This document shows, in pieces, positions 26,867 through 37,011 of a DNA stretch of 64,000 bases; the first letter of the stretch is position 1; every line of letters begins with the position of its first letter. The notes beneath the pieces were generated by a model that had not been told where the DNA came from, searched no databases, and worked only from the letters and a program-made list of their open reading frames with translations. Origin of the DNA: a virus (taxonomy: Duplodnaviria > Caudoviricetes); IMG/VR virus record IMGVR_UViG_3300025902_000014, positions 32,314 through 96,313 of that record; one strand, given 5' to 3'. The translations under genes and the position numbers were made by a program.

Positions 26867-27316
26867 ATGGCGTACTGGGTTCTGAGATCAACGTCAACTT
26901 CCCAGATCGAGGAGGACGTGGACTCGATCGTGGAAGATCTCCTCGTCCCGGACATGCAGACCCTCGAAGCTCTCGAAGAGGGAATGCTTCAGCATGGCTG
27001 GGTGAAGTTCAAGGCCATCGTGAAGAAGCTGCTGCCGGACGTCTTCAGCAAGATCAGCAACGCCAAGCACCAGCGGTTCCTCGTCCAGATGGGGGAGCGG
27101 CCGGGAAGTCCCACCGTCGAGGTGGACCACTCTCTCGACGCAGCCCCTCGTGCGCCGGTTCAGCCCGGGGACAAGATCCAGATCCGTGGCCTGCTCGAAC
27201 CTCACGGCGGCGACGGGAACAAGCCCGTGGTCCACTTCACCCACAAGTCCCGGGATGGATCTGAGGCTGGCTTCATCTGGAAGGGTGAGACCCCTCCGGT
27301 GTGGACGGTGAAGTGA
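26867..27316 (+). CDS. DUF3465-like OB-fold protein
   Basis: KLLPD...HQRFLV...GDKIQIRG...VVHFTH. Confidence 0.6.
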   Translation: MAYWVLRSTSTSQIEEDVDSIVEDLLVPDMQTLEALEEGMLQHGWVKFKAIVKKLLPDVFSKISNAKHQRFLVQMGERPGSPTVEVDHSLDAAPRAPVQPGDKIQIRGLLEPHGGDGNKPVVHFTHKSRDGSEAGFIWKGETPPVWTVK

Positions 27317-28164
27317 GCACGAAAACCTTCCTCGTTCTCCGGTTGGGCCACAACGTCGCGGCCTCGCTGGACAACAAGAACGCGGCGAACATCGGGGGGA
27401 TGGCCTCGTTCATCCTCTCGGCGCTGGACAAGGACATCGCTTTCGGAGACAAGCTCTCCCTGTACGAGGTCACGGCCGAGCTGCCGTTCGCAGGCTACAT
27501 CCAGTACCGGGGGTCGTCCGTCCAGAACCGTTACCTCGATGGGGATGTCCGTGCCGAGCACGTGGGAGAGATGACGATCCACACAAACGCGAAGTGGTAC
27601 TCGTTCCCGGCGGGTGGGAAGTGGAAGGCCCACCTGAAGCGGACGGTGGACAACGCCATCCACGTGCTGGACGCCATGGTCCCGGAGAGGTTCCCCCGGG
27701 AGAAGCGCATCGCCATGTGCGGCGAAGTCCAGATTCAGCAGCTCTTGAAGCACGTTTTCCACGAGATGCACGAGGAGAAGAATATGAAGACCACCACGAA
27801 GATCGTTGAGGCTCTGCTCGGAGAGGGATTCGGGGGCTCGGGCAAGACCGTCAAGCTCTCTCCCGGTGATCGGTCGCAGATCAACAGGGGTATCTACTCG
27901 GCGACGTTGAACAAGTATTTCAACAGTCTTGCGGCGGCCATCGAGGTAATCAACCATGCCATGAAGCCGGTGGGTTACTTCATCATGGCATCGTCCGACT
28001 ACATGGGCAGGGATGACGGGCACAAGAACCTCCCGATCCACAAGGAGCACCCGGAGGGTACGGACCCGTTCATGGGCCACGATGAGGTCTCGAACTGCTG
28101 GCTCTCGTTCTCATGGCACAAGATGGGGTCCGGGAAGTACGAGATCACGGCGTACGTGAGCTGA
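27313..28164 (+). CDS. two-domain protein with an internal leader-family start at 27784
   Basis: GAGGAG SD plus ATG 27784, giving MKTTTKIVEALLGE in frame. Confidence 0.6.
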   Translation: MSTKTFLVLRLGHNVAASLDNKNAANIGGMASFILSALDKDIAFGDKLSLYEVTAELPFAGYIQYRGSSVQNRYLDGDVRAEHVGEMTIHTNAKWYSFPAGGKWKAHLKRTVDNAIHVLDAMVPERFPREKRIAMCGEVQIQQLLKHVFHEMHEEKNMKTTTKIVEALLGEGFGGSGKTVKLSPGDRSQINRGIYSATLNKYFNSLAAAIEVINHAMKPVGYFIMASSDYMGRDDGHKNLPIHKEHPEGTDPFMGHDEVSNCWLSFSWHKMGSGKYEITAYVS

Positions 28165-28837
28165 GTCCCTGAACATGCTTCCATGTGACGCCGCGCACGA
28201 TCCAGCTTATGGTCATCTGTCCCACACCATAGGTGCGGGCCAGTTCGGCTTGGCTGATTGTGCCTTCCGCGTAACGAAGACGGATTTCCCGAACTTGAGC
28301 TTCAGTAAGTTTGGCGTGCTTGCAGACCTCGCCCCTGATGTAACGGGAGGTCTCTGGGGGGCCTTGAAGGGTGTGCTTCCACGCATGACCTTGAAGGATG
28401 TGTCCGATCATGCCGTCGGTTACTCCAAATTTCAGGGCCAGTGCTCGTTTCGTCCACGCGCCAGTACGGTACAGCTCCTCCATTTCAAGCACTTGTTCCT
28501 TCACGAGTTTTCGGGCCAGCCGCCCATGCTTGGCTGCATGGCGCACGTTGTCTCCGATAGAGAGGTATTCCAAGTTCACAGCCCGGTTGTCCATTCGGTC
28601 GAAATTCTTGTGATTGACCGGAAGGTCAGACGGCCCCAGAAACGCTTCAGCAACCAGACGGTGAGCCAAGCGAGTCGTCCGCCAGCCAAGGTGCGACAGC
28701 GCGACGTACAGGTACCCGTCTGGTCGTCGGTGCGGGTTGAGCGGTCTGCCATTGCTGTGGCAGAACCGACCCAACGAGGACACGATGTAGTAGGTGAAGT
28801 TCGGAACCGTTTTCCAGACTTCAGGGGGTGTGGGCAT
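28145..28837 (-). mobile_element. NUMOD4-HNH homing endonuclease
   Basis: EVWKTVP..YIVSSLGR, AHRLVAEAFL, VNHKNFDRMDNRAVNLE; AGGAG SD on the minus strand. Confidence 0.85.
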
Positions 28838-29363
28838 GGCTAGTCTCCTGTTTCAGAGTGAAAGGGATTTGAGCTTCTGGAAGCGTATCAATAGGGAAGT
28901 ATATCGCACTTTTCTGAAGAAGGTCGAGGTCTACCTCTACGACAGGCAGATGAAAGATCCCCTGTACGGGGAGGCCCTCGACCTGAGCTTCAACGAGGCT
29001 ACGTCCAAGCCCTCCTACGAGGTCGAAGCGTTCTTCGAGGAACTTCCCGAGTGGAAGCTGAAGCTCATGAAGCACGGGCTGGACGAGGCCCGTCCCATCA
29101 AGGCGTACTTCTTCATCGACTCGTTCGCCGAGCTGGGGGTGGCCCCTCCCCGGGTGGGTGACCGTCTCCGGGTGGAGGGAGAACTCTACAAGGTCATGCA
29201 GGACAACCCGAAGGACTACTTCGGGAACACCCAGAAGGTGTTGACCCACTCCGTGGATCTCCAGCGTGTCCGTCCCGAGTCCATCAAGGCCCGGCCCCGC
29301 CCGGCCGAGGCGGACGACATCTACCCGGCGAGCCAGTTCGGTGGGGACTTCCAGAAGAAGTAG
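28836..29363 (+). CDS. head closure / neck protein (T4 gp14-like)
   Basis: DPLYGE, LMKHGLD, PRVGD...LYKV; position in the module. Confidence 0.65.
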   Translation: MASLLFQSERDLSFWKRINREVYRTFLKKVEVYLYDRQMKDPLYGEALDLSFNEATSKPSYEVEAFFEELPEWKLKLMKHGLDEARPIKAYFFIDSFAELGVAPPRVGDRLRVEGELYKVMQDNPKDYFGNTQKVLTHSVDLQRVRPESIKARPRPAEADDIYPASQFGGDFQKK

Positions 29364-29372
29364 GATGGGGCC

Positions 29373-29972
29373 GTGGCTGTCCGGGTGAAAACGCAGATCA
29401 AGAAGCCCGCCAAGCGGGCTTCCTACGTCCTCGTGAACACGTTCGGGGACAACCGCAAGCCCGGGTCTCTTCTCCTCGCCATCCAAGGCACCTGCCGGAA
29501 GATCGCACAGGAGATGGCTCAGGAGATGCGGGATGCTTTTTACCGGCAACGGTTCAAGATGGCCCCGTTGACCGCCCAGTACCTCGCCATGAAGAAGCGT
29601 AAGGGTCTCGATAAAAGAACCCTCATCGCCTACAAGAAGTACGTCAAGGCTATCGGGTTCATAAAGACTCCCTACGGCGGCATGATCGGGATAACTCGGG
29701 CCTTCCGGATCGACCAGCGGGGGAAGAAGACCCGGAAGCTCTCGTACCATCTTCTCCAGCGGTGGCTCGAATACGGCACCCGGAAGAAACGCGGGATGAC
29801 GAAAACCGGGAAGCAGAAGTACGGAAAGATGGGGTCTAGGATGCCCGCCCGTCCGATATGGCGGCCAATGATGCGGTACTGGAAGGCCCACCGTAGGGAC
29901 TATGGGCTCCGGCTCAAGAACGTCATCGGGTTCGAGTTGCGGCAGAAACTTCGAGCGTTCGCAGTACGCTGA
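29373..29972 (+). CDS. basic virion morphogenesis / tail-completion protein
   Basis: WLEYGT...RMPARPIWRP. Confidence 0.6.
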   Translation: MAVRVKTQIKKPAKRASYVLVNTFGDNRKPGSLLLAIQGTCRKIAQEMAQEMRDAFYRQRFKMAPLTAQYLAMKKRKGLDKRTLIAYKKYVKAIGFIKTPYGGMIGITRAFRIDQRGKKTRKLSYHLLQRWLEYGTRKKRGMTKTGKQKYGKMGSRMPARPIWRPMMRYWKAHRRDYGLRLKNVIGFELRQKLRAFAVR

Positions 29973-29994
29973 ACTATCTGAACGAGAGGACATC

Positions 29995-30366
29995 ATGGAT
30001 CAGAAACCGGAAGCCATCGTCGAGTCCCTTCTCGGAGAAGGCTCCCTCACTGAGGGGGACGTCCACGGTCTCATGTCGTCCATCGACGGCTTCGAGCGGG
30101 TCATGTCCGGGTCGGACTTCCAGCACATCTACGCGGCCCTTCAGGTCGTCAAGCCGGACGTCTGGGGGCATCTTCCGGGTGAGGTTGTGGGGAACCTGAA
30201 GTCCAAGCTCGACACGGCCCGGGTGGGGCTCGTCAACTTCGTCACGGCGGCCAAGGCAGCGGTGGGGAAGGCGAACTCCTACAAGCCCCCGACGGAGTAC
30301 AGCGGGTACGACTCGGCCGCTCATTCCGGGGAGCACAACCCGACCGTCCACGGGCTCGGGGTCTGA
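29995..30366 (+). CDS. leader-family protein
   Basis: EAIVESLLGEGSLTE; ACTATC 16 nt upstream. Confidence 0.65.
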   Translation: MDQKPEAIVESLLGEGSLTEGDVHGLMSSIDGFERVMSGSDFQHIYAALQVVKPDVWGHLPGEVVGNLKSKLDTARVGLVNFVTAAKAAVGKANSYKPPTEYSGYDSAAHSGEHNPTVHGLGV

Positions 30367-30367
30367 C

Positions 30368-30667
30368 ATGGCCGAAGGCCGGGGTCCGCGACGGAACAAC
30401 CTCGTCGAGGCCATCGCGGATCTTCTGATCTTCCGGGCTCTTCTGCCCCTCCACGAGGGGGCATGGGATGCTCCGTACATGACGGTCCTGAAGTCTCTGG
30501 AACGGGAAGTAGAACGGTTCATCGCTCTCGTTCCGAAGGTGGAGAAACTCAATCCCGGGCTGGCGAAGACGCTCTGGCATGAACTGGGGGCGAAGAGCAT
30601 GGAGATCCATCAGCTCTACGCCGAGCTGGATCAACGGGTCAAGGAAGCAGAAAGGCATCAAGCATGA
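30368..30667 (+). CDS. hypothetical helical protein
   Basis: Coupled ORF; LVEAI...LHE may be a leader variant. Confidence 0.55.
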   Translation: MAEGRGPRRNNLVEAIADLLIFRALLPLHEGAWDAPYMTVLKSLEREVERFIALVPKVEKLNPGLAKTLWHELGAKSMEIHQLYAELDQRVKEAERHQA

Positions 30668-31014
30668 GGATCGCCGAACAGCTCGCCCAGAGCCTGACCG
30701 AGCAGACCGTCACCGAGATGGACGACTCCGCCCTCCTCGTGGTGGACCGCATCCTGTCCGACATCGACCGGTACATCGCGGCCCACCTCGAACACGAGTT
30801 GGGGATGCTGAAGGACGGGTTGAAGAGCGCGGAGAAGCAGATCGCCGGGCTCAAGAATGCGGGGGCCGGGAAGACGGAGCACGACTCCATCCTCCTCAAG
30901 GTTGTCATGCCCGCGTGGCACCGCTTCGAGTCGCAGGTCACGGACATGGGCACCCGGTTCAAGAAGCTCGAAGCTGCCGCCAAGGCGGGAGGAAGGGAAT
31001 GGGACGCACCGTGA
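30664..31014 (+). CDS. leader-family protein
   Basis: MRIAEQLAQSLTE. Confidence 0.7.
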   Translation: MRIAEQLAQSLTEQTVTEMDDSALLVVDRILSDIDRYIAAHLEHELGMLKDGLKSAEKQIAGLKNAGAGKTEHDSILLKVVMPAWHRFESQVTDMGTRFKKLEAAAKAGGREWDAP

Positions 31015-31280
31015 GAATCGCCGAACAGCTCGCTGAGGCCCTGACCGAAGCCGTCGCACCTCTGAAAGACCGGAGCGAAGAGGCCGCCCACGAAGCCAAC
31101 ACCGTCATCCACTCTCTTCGGGACGCCATCGGCCAGATCGAGCACGAGATCAAGTGGCTGGAACATGACATCGAGGAGCGCACCATTCACGGGGCGCAGA
31201 TCCTTCCCGGTCTCAAGACCGCCCGGACTCAGCTTGGGGTGGCTTTGACCACACTTCGGACCACGGCCCACAAGGTGTAA
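31011..31280 (+). CDS. leader-family protein
   Basis: MRIAEQLAEALTE. Confidence 0.7.
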   Translation: MRIAEQLAEALTEAVAPLKDRSEEAAHEANTVIHSLRDAIGQIEHEIKWLEHDIEERTIHGAQILPGLKTARTQLGVALTTLRTTAHKV

Positions 31281-31314
31281 GGAGGCTCCCATTCTCCGAC
31301 GCTACGACTCAGCG

Positions 31315-31956
31315 GTGATGGAGTTCCTTCGGGCCTCCATAAACGGGGAGAAGATCCCCATGGGCTTTGCCACGCCCCGCCGCGAGTTCGGGACGCAGGA
31401 AGAGATGAACCCCATGGAGGCCGGGGATGTCCCGGTTCATGGGAGCAAGACGGTCAAGCTCCCGAGCATGGTCGTCCAGCGGCTCAACTGGACCCTCGCC
31501 GAGAACAGGATGAACTACACCCGGCACCGGAAGATCCGGTGGTCGGATGACCTGAACCTCGTGACGCAGGCCCAGCACCCGATCGCCTACGACATCGCCT
31601 ACCAGCTCGACATCTGGACGAAGTACCGGGATGACGCGAACATTCTGACGAGTGCGGTCATCATCAAGTTCCCTCGTCGGATGGCGAGTCTTCAGGTGGA
31701 CCTCGGGCATCCGTGGGGGGTCAAGAAGGTCTTCCTTGGGATCACCAGCGTGGTGGACAACACCGAGCTGGAATCCGAGGACGGGGATCGGGAAGTCCGG
31801 ATGACGATCGACCTGAACCTCGAAGCGTGGATGCCCCTGCCGCCCACGGATGTCCGGACGGTCCGGAAGGTTCTAGCGGACACGCAGATCATGTGGTTCG
31901 ACGATGCCCGGGGGATCGACGCAGAGATCGGTAGCGTCGTTCTGGAGGAGAAGTAG
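31315..31956 (+). CDS. tail terminator / sheath stabiliser (T4 gp15-like)
   Basis: LPSMVVQR, PIAYDIAYQLDIWTKYRDD; start may be ATT at 31291. Confidence 0.7.
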   Translation: MMEFLRASINGEKIPMGFATPRREFGTQEEMNPMEAGDVPVHGSKTVKLPSMVVQRLNWTLAENRMNYTRHRKIRWSDDLNLVTQAQHPIAYDIAYQLDIWTKYRDDANILTSAVIIKFPRRMASLQVDLGHPWGVKKVFLGITSVVDNTELESEDGDREVRMTIDLNLEAWMPLPPTDVRTVRKVLADTQIMWFDDARGIDAEIGSVVLEEK

Positions 31957-32796
31957 ATGGCCAGTTTCGACGCTGACATGGACGAGAAGATCCTTCTCGA
32001 CAAGCCTGAGACCGAGGACGACACGTCCATCCCGAAAGACCTGCTGGGAGTCAAGGCGTTCCCCGGCAGCCCGGACGTGACGGAGGACGACATGGACGTG
32101 ACTTCCGGCCCGAGGGACTTCCTCGGCAAGCCCACCAACTCGATGCAGAAGACCGAGAGCGTCTACTCGCAGATGACCCGGGCTCTCACCGAGGCCGGGC
32201 CGGTCCTCACCTGTCCGAAGTGCCACACCCCGGACGTCCGGATCAAGCACGAGGGGGACATGTGCCCTCCGTGCGAGAAGGCCCATCCTGAGTTCGGAAA
32301 CATGGATGACTCTGTGCAGGAGATGACGACGGCAGCCGACATCGCCACGGTGCCCATGGGTTTCAAGGTGGACCCCGAGGACAAGCCCACCCCCGAGGAG
32401 ACGGCCGAGACCGGGATCAGTCTGACCGGGGCTCCGAACCGGGTGCCGGAGTCCCACCAGCGACTTCCCCACCTCACGGCGTTCCTCGAAGAGTTCGGGG
32501 GCCAGCCCGGGAAGTTCCAGATTCGGGAGGCCCAGATCGCCGAGTCCATGGAGAGCATGGACTCTTTCATGCGGACTTTGAAGGCGGATGCCGAGACTCT
32601 CCAGAAATTCGTGGCCCACATGGAGTTCCTGAAGACTTTCCCGGCTGCCGGAAGCCCCACGGACAAGGTGCATCAGGCCGCACACTCCATGATGACCGAC
32701 TACTACAACGGTCACGGGTGCATCGCGAACCTCTATCACAACAGCAACGAACTCCGGAAGGCGCTGGAGGCAGCCGGGGGAAGGCCGAAGAAGTAA
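31957..32796 (+). CDS. acidic hypothetical protein with Zn finger and internal ALTE motif
   Basis: MTRALTEAG, CPKC...CPPC. Confidence 0.6.
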   Translation: MASFDADMDEKILLDKPETEDDTSIPKDLLGVKAFPGSPDVTEDDMDVTSGPRDFLGKPTNSMQKTESVYSQMTRALTEAGPVLTCPKCHTPDVRIKHEGDMCPPCEKAHPEFGNMDDSVQEMTTAADIATVPMGFKVDPEDKPTPEETAETGISLTGAPNRVPESHQRLPHLTAFLEEFGGQPGKFQIREAQIAESMESMDSFMRTLKADAETLQKFVAHMEFLKTFPAAGSPTDKVHQAAHSMMTDYYNGHGCIANLYHNSNELRKALEAAGGRPKK

Positions 32797-32835
32797 CCCG
32801 GGGAGGCAACTCGGGACTTGAAAGAGGAGAACATC

Positions 32836-33042
32836 ATGGCCGAGACCACAATCAGGATCACCAACAAGCTCCGGCAGGGACTTCCCATTCTCCTGAAGGA
32901 CGGGAAGGGTCAGCTCCGGAGCTGGATTCTCCCGATGCGCGGCTTCCGCGACATCGCGGCTTCGGAGATGTCGCAGGACATCGTGGACAAGGAAGCCCGG
33001 GGCTACGTCGTCGTGACGACCCCCGGGAAGATCGGAGTCTGA
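32836..33042 (+). CDS. hypothetical virion protein
   Basis: GAGGAG SD. Confidence 0.6.
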   Translation: MAETTIRITNKLRQGLPILLKDGKGQLRSWILPMRGFRDIAASEMSQDIVDKEARGYVVVTTPGKIGV

Positions 33043-33043
33043 A

Positions 33044-33241
33044 GTGGCTGACCCCAACCAGAAACAGGTCACGGTTTCGATCTCGAAGCTCACCGGGTAT
33101 CTGGATGGGGTCATCTCGAACGCGCAGAAAGCGAAAGATGATCTTGAGACCGCCCGGAAAGCGAAAGCCTCGGGCGGTTCCAAGGACTCCCTCTTCATGA
33201 GGCTGGCGAAGTCGGCACTATCGGGTGGAAAGAAGTCGTGA
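33044..33241 (+). CDS. hypothetical protein
   Basis: Coupled ORF. Confidence 0.55.
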   Translation: MADPNQKQVTVSISKLTGYLDGVISNAQKAKDDLETARKAKASGGSKDSLFMRLAKSALSGGKKS

Positions 33242-33921
33242 TTGCAGCCAACCTGATCCGGACCGAAGTGGACACCCGAACCCCGAATGCTCGGGCACGG
33301 GCACGATATTGTCTTCGTCATCCGGATAGGGTCAAGAAACAGGGCCAGATTCGGCAGGCCCGTTTGACACCGGAAGAGCGAGCCGCTCGGGCAGCCTATG
33401 CCCGGGAGTGGCGGAAAGCCAATCCGGGGTACTGTGCTGCTCAGACCCAGAAGTGGAAGGCCGCGCACCCGAAACGGTTTCGAGAGCTGTGCGATCGGTG
33501 GCGGAAGACCCCCAAGGGGGTTGAGGTTCGACGCGCGTGGGATCGTGGGGAAGTGGCCAAGGCTGGGAAGGCCGTCTGGCAGGCCAAGAACCCGGAGAGG
33601 GTGAAGGCCATCGAGTACCGTCGGAACCACACCCGGCGGGCGAGGCTGTACGCGGTGCCTCGGGCGCCCTATGACTTCGTCGAAATCCTCCGGTTGAGTG
33701 GGAACCGGTGCGCCTACCAGCTCACCGGGTGTCTGTGGTTGATGGACCCGGAAGTCCAGCTCACGGCTGACCACATCATCCCGATTTCGAAAGGTGGAAG
33801 TGACACGTTCGAGAACGTGCTTCCGGCTTGTGGCCGCTGCAACAAAAAGAAGGGTTCTAGGCTCGTCGAGCCTAAGTTCCGTGTCAGTGCATCTGACAGT
33901 AAAGACGCTGCAAATCACTGA
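33238..33921 (+). mobile_element. HNH homing endonuclease
   Basis: DHIIPISKGGSDTFENVLPACGRCNKKKG. Confidence 0.85.
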
Positions 33922-33936
33922 TAGGAGACGATTTAC

Positions 33937-36456
33937 ATGGCAGTCTACGTGTCGCCCGGCGTATACACGACCATTCTGGACCTCAGCCTCTACATCCCGA
34001 ACCTCAGCACCACGATCGCGGGTGCCGTCGGGATGGCGAGCAAGGGTCCGCTGAACGAGCCCACCTACGTGTCGAACGTCCTCTCGTTCGTCACGAACTT
34101 CGGGCAGCCGAACCCGAACTACATGGGTCCGTACGCGGCCCTCCAGTTCCTTCGGTACGGTCGCCAGTTCTACTACGTGCGCGTGGCCGGGCCTTCGGCC
34201 GCTGCCGCCTCCGTGAACATGCTGGAGGCCACCACGGCAGCCAGCATCACGGCCGGGGTCGCGGGACCGTACATGGTCCTCGGGACGGACAACAACGTCC
34301 TCCGCCTCAAGGTGAACGACGATGCCGACTTCCTCGTCATCACCCTGACCAAGGGTGTCCGGACGACGGCGGCTGTCGCCTCCGAGATCGCCGGGGCCAT
34401 CGCGGGCGGCGGCGGGAACGTGGACGTCGCCGTGACGGCTCTGCCGAACGGGACGTTCAGCATCACCTCGACGACCCTCGGCGCCCCGTCGCACATCATC
34501 ATCGACTCCGTCGCCAACGGTTCCACGGCCAACTCGGTCTTCGGGTTCGCGTCCGGCGGCGTGACTTCGGACGGGGTGGCGGCCACTTCCGGCGTCATCA
34601 CCGGGGACAACGTCACCGGTCCGTACACGATCATCCTCGGGGACAACGACTCCCTGACCTTCTCGATCGACGGCGCGGCTCCGATCACGGCGACCCTCCC
34701 TGTCGGCTCGCAGACCCATACCGACATCGCGGCTGCCATCCAGTCCGAGATCGACATCAACGCCACCGGGCTCGCCACGGCGGTAGGTGTCACCGACGGC
34801 GGGAACGATGTCGTTCGGATCACCTCCACGGCCACGGGGGCGACCAGCTCGATCATCGTGACGGCCGGTTCGGCAGCCACGACTCTCGGGCTCGATGCCC
34901 TCCTGCACCGGGGTGCGGCGGCCACGGCGGCCTCGGCCACGGCTTCCATCGCGGGTCCGTTCACCTTCGGGTCGAACAACACCCTCCACCTCAAGTTCAA
35001 CGGTGGCGCGGTCCGCAGCATCGGGCTCCCCTCGGGGCTCAGCTCCGCCACGGCCATCGCGACCATCATCAACGCGGTCGTCGGTACCGACGGGTACAAC
35101 GAGGGTGTGGCCTCCGTCACGGCGGATGGCAAGGTAAAGATCTCCTCGCTCACGGTCGGAACGACGGCGTCCGTCCAGTGCGACCCGGGGGGCTCGGGCC
35201 AGTACGCCCTCAACCTCTCCACGGCGGCGGTGAATGGGACCGGCACGGCGGCCACGACTTCCCTCACGGTGTCGGCCCGCACCAAGGGCACCCACGGCAA
35301 CGCCCTCTCGGTCGTCGCCTCGGCCGGGCAGAACCCGGGAACCTTCAAGCTCACCGTCTACGACGGCGAGGCTGCCGTCGATGCGTGGGACAACCTGAAC
35401 AAAGACCCCCTCAGCGTGAACTTCGTCGAGACCAAGATCAACGACGCCTCGACGTGGATCACGGTCGCCGATGACGCGGGAACCGTGAACTTCCCGGCCT
35501 TCGGTGTGGTCAACGTGATGGCCGGTGGCAACGACGGCATCACCGACATCACGGACGCCGACTACATCGGGGTCGTGACCCCCGGCGGGAAGACGGGCCT
35601 CCAGCTCTTCGCCAACGCCGAGGATCTCGACCTGAACATCCTCATGGTCCCGGGCATCTCGTCCGCTGCGGTCATCAACGAGGAGCTGCTCCTCTGCTCC
35701 GTGCGCGGCGACTGCATGGCGATCATCGACCCGCCGTTCGGCCTCTCGGTCCAGCAGGTCACCGACTGGCACAACGGGTACGGGGCCTACTCGGACCATC
35801 AGGCGTTCAACAGCCTCTACGGTGCCCTCTACTGGCCGTGGCTGGAGATCTACGACGCCACCAACAAGCAGAAGGTCTGGGTTCCGCCCAGCGGCCTCGT
35901 GGCGGGCGTCTACGCCTACACCGACTACACCACCGAGACGTGGTTCGCTCCGGCTGGTCTGAACCGGGGCCACCTCATCCAGCCCCTCCGGGTCGAGCAC
36001 TCGGCCGACCTCGGTGAGCGGGATCTCCTCTACGGCAACCAGAACGCCGTCAACCCGATCGTGAACTTCCGCAAGGACGGCATCACGATCTGGGGCCAGC
36101 GGTCCCTCCAGCGCAAGCCCTCGGCCCTCGACCGGGTCAACGTCGTCCGCCTCGTTCTGTACCTCCGGAAGGTCATCGCGACGGCGGTCAAGTACCTCAC
36201 CTTCGAGCCGAACGACCCGATCACGTGGGCCACGTTCGTCAACCTCGTCGAGCCGTACATGGAGTCGGTCAAGCAGCGGCGCGGAGTCATCGACTACAAG
36301 GTCATCTGCGACTCCTCGACCAACCCGCCCGACGCCATGGACCGCAACGAGATGCACGGTGTCGTCGCCCTCAAGCCCACGAAGTCGGCCGAGTTCATCG
36401 AGGTGAAGTTCGCGGTCGTCAATCAGGGTGCCAACTTCGAGGAACTCACCTACTGA
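33937..36456 (+). CDS. contractile tail sheath protein with inserted domains
   Basis: YVSPGVY, KGPLNEP, YWPW...VPPSG, WFAPAGLNRG, IWGQRSL, FEPND. Confidence 0.95.
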   Translation: MAVYVSPGVYTTILDLSLYIPNLSTTIAGAVGMASKGPLNEPTYVSNVLSFVTNFGQPNPNYMGPYAALQFLRYGRQFYYVRVAGPSAAAASVNMLEATTAASITAGVAGPYMVLGTDNNVLRLKVNDDADFLVITLTKGVRTTAAVASEIAGAIAGGGGNVDVAVTALPNGTFSITSTTLGAPSHIIIDSVANGSTANSVFGFASGGVTSDGVAATSGVITGDNVTGPYTIILGDNDSLTFSIDGAAPITATLPVGSQTHTDIAAAIQSEIDINATGLATAVGVTDGGNDVVRITSTATGATSSIIVTAGSAATTLGLDALLHRGAAATAASATASIAGPFTFGSNNTLHLKFNGGAVRSIGLPSGLSSATAIATIINAVVGTDGYNEGVASVTADGKVKISSLTVGTTASVQCDPGGSGQYALNLSTAAVNGTGTAATTSLTVSARTKGTHGNALSVVASAGQNPGTFKLTVYDGEAAVDAWDNLNKDPLSVNFVETKINDASTWITVADDAGTVNFPAFGVVNVMAGGNDGITDITDADYIGVVTPGGKTGLQLFANAEDLDLNILMVPGISSAAVINEELLLCSVRGDCMAIIDPPFGLSVQQVTDWHNGYGAYSDHQAFNSLYGALYWPWLEIYDATNKQKVWVPPSGLVAGVYAYTDYTTETWFAPAGLNRGHLIQPLRVEHSADLGERDLLYGNQNAVNPIVNFRKDGITIWGQRSLQRKPSALDRVNVVRLVLYLRKVIATAVKYLTFEPNDPITWATFVNLVEPYMESVKQRRGVIDYKVICDSSTNPPDAMDRNEMHGVVALKPTKSAEFIEVKFAVVNQGANFEELTY

Positions 36457-36467
36457 TCCAGAGTTCT

Positions 36468-36503
36468 GAGGGGGGTGGTCCCCTAACGGGGGCCACCTCC
36501 TTT
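36468..36503 (+). terminator. terminator-like hairpin after the sheath gene
   Basis: GGTGGTCCC...GGGGCCACC followed by TCCTTT. Confidence 0.55.
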
Positions 36504-36518
36504 CAGGATGAAGGGCAG

Positions 36519-37011
36519 GATGATGGCTGAACCGAAGAAGCTCCGAATCGTAGACCGACCGGTCAAGAACTTGCGGGTCACCCGCAAGACGCTGGAGCAG
36601 CAGGCGTGGTACTCCGTTCAGCCCAACCTTCGGCACGTCGAGAAGGACGATCACGGGAACATACGCTTCTACGTGAAGCACAGCCCCTCAGCAAACCGCT
36701 ACGCCGACATGACCGAGCTGCACACCATGTCGAATGCCGAACTTCTGAAGCTGAGGAAGTGGCCAGCGGATACCGTCGTCTCGGAAGGAATCACCATGGC
36801 CCATGCCGACCAGATCGTGGAATCTCTCCTGAGCGGATCGTTCGTCGTGGGGAACCAGACGTTCGAGACCCTCGGGTCAGCCCAGAAGGCCGCCGAACAG
36901 CTCGCCCGGAACTCCAACGGCAAGACCATCTTCGTGAAGACGGACGCTGGGAAGATCGTCAAGGAGATCTCGGCAGGCCCGAACGGACTTCTCAACGTCA
37001 GGAGCAGGTAA
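36519..37011 (+). CDS. hypothetical protein with an internal leader start at 36796
   Basis: AAGGA SD plus MAHADQIVESLL in frame. Confidence 0.55.

Noticed and set aside
31873-36681. 1602-aa minus-strand ORF and other long antisense ORFs (for example 50886-52748 and 56871-59231)
   Set aside because: They are shadows of GC-rich plus-strand genes, with no motifs and unnatural composition.
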